Shown one piece after another: positions 63,291 through 64,000 of a stretch of 64,000 nt of DNA. Both the position numbers and the translations under genes were made by a program. The notes beneath the pieces are model-generated. The model saw nothing but the letters and a program-made list of their open reading frames with translations, was not told the DNA's origin and did not search any database. The stretch covers positions 6,972,407 through 7,036,406 of the forward strand of contig MU058584.1 in NCBI GenBank assembly GCA_013265495.1. Direction: 5' to 3'. Position 1 is the stretch's first letter. The number at the start of each line of letters is the position of its first letter. The DNA comes from Vicugna vicugna (lineage: Eukaryota).

Positions 63291-64000
63291 CAAAATACGG
63301 ATCACTTAATGACTGACATAAATAAATTTTATCATGTACTATGTTGCAGTGAATATCTTTACGTGCATGTGTATTTTGCACATATATGTTAGTATTTCTT
63401 TAGGGTAGATTCTTAATGCTGCTGGATTCTAAACCATTCTTAGCTCACAGGTCTTACAAAACACGCCACGGGAGTCAGTTTGCCAAGCCTTGCCTGAATT
63501 GTCTCTGTTAAATGACACCAGAACTCCTCTGTGAAATTACCTGGACCAGATGCTTTTTGGGGTTGGGGACTTTTGAACAACTCTTACTTTTTACCTGTTT
63601 ATTTTGAACCAAATTTGGTAATTTCTGTTTTCCTAGAAAACCCTTGTTTCAAGTCCTCTTTTCATGTCCTGTGTGTATTTTATATCATCTTTCCCATTCT
63701 AAAGGTAACTTAAAATTAGAGTGATTCAGCTTATATATATTATTTTTTCCAGAAGAACTAACTTTTGAATTTATCAATTCTGTTTTTTTTTTTAATTTGA
63801 TCTTTTCTGCTTTTTTGGGTAACTTTTTAAACTTAATTGTATCTGATAATGAAAATACTTAAGAACTGAATTATATGATTATATATACAAATTTTAATGA
63901 GAGGTCTGTTGTTCATTTCCAATTGATTTTGTTCTACAGTTCTAGTTTTGTCTGTTGGTTAACTTTGTAACCACAAGAATCTTAAACTGTGTTCTTATCA

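Larger units (their letters stand above)
47716..64000 (+). other. PRRC2C: PRRC2C intron 1 (continues beyond the window)
   Basis: Starts at the GT donor; T/G-skewed and repeat-containing. No N-terminal PRRC2C coding exon (recalled start MSEKS...) was seen. Confidence 0.65.

Noticed and set aside
1..64000. Prokaryotic-type systems (CRISPR arrays, operons, defence islands)
   Set aside because: The sequence is clearly mammalian (spliced exon, LINEs, SINEs, LTRs, CpG island), and no regularly spaced repeat-spacer array was seen.

Overview
Mammalian genomic DNA, very probably a camelid, because several copies of a tRNA-derived SINE (GGGGAGGGTATAGCTCA(A)GTGGTAGAG...) resemble the camelid Vic-1 type. 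The window contains the last coding exon of FMO4 (+, 2978-3398), about 44 kb of repeat-rich intergenic DNA, and the CpG-island promoter, non-coding exon 1 and start of intron 1 of a gene I identify as PRRC2C (+). This matches the FMO4-PRRC2C order known from human 1q24. The most unexpected element lies 2.7 kb downstream of FMO4: a full-length, intronless retrocopy of cardiotrophin-2/neuropoietin (CTF2; insertion 6075-7642). It has 5'UTR, 3'UTR, poly(A), a degenerate 16-bp target-site duplication (TSD) and an unbroken 203-codon ORF with signal peptide and FxxK motif, but each of the four predicted helices has a proline. The remainder is Tigger1, L1, L2, MIR, MaLR, about ten ERV1-like LTRs and a nested, internally deleted ERV with gag remnants. 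Gene and repeat identities come from recalled sequences rather than database searches, and many repeat boundaries are approximate.
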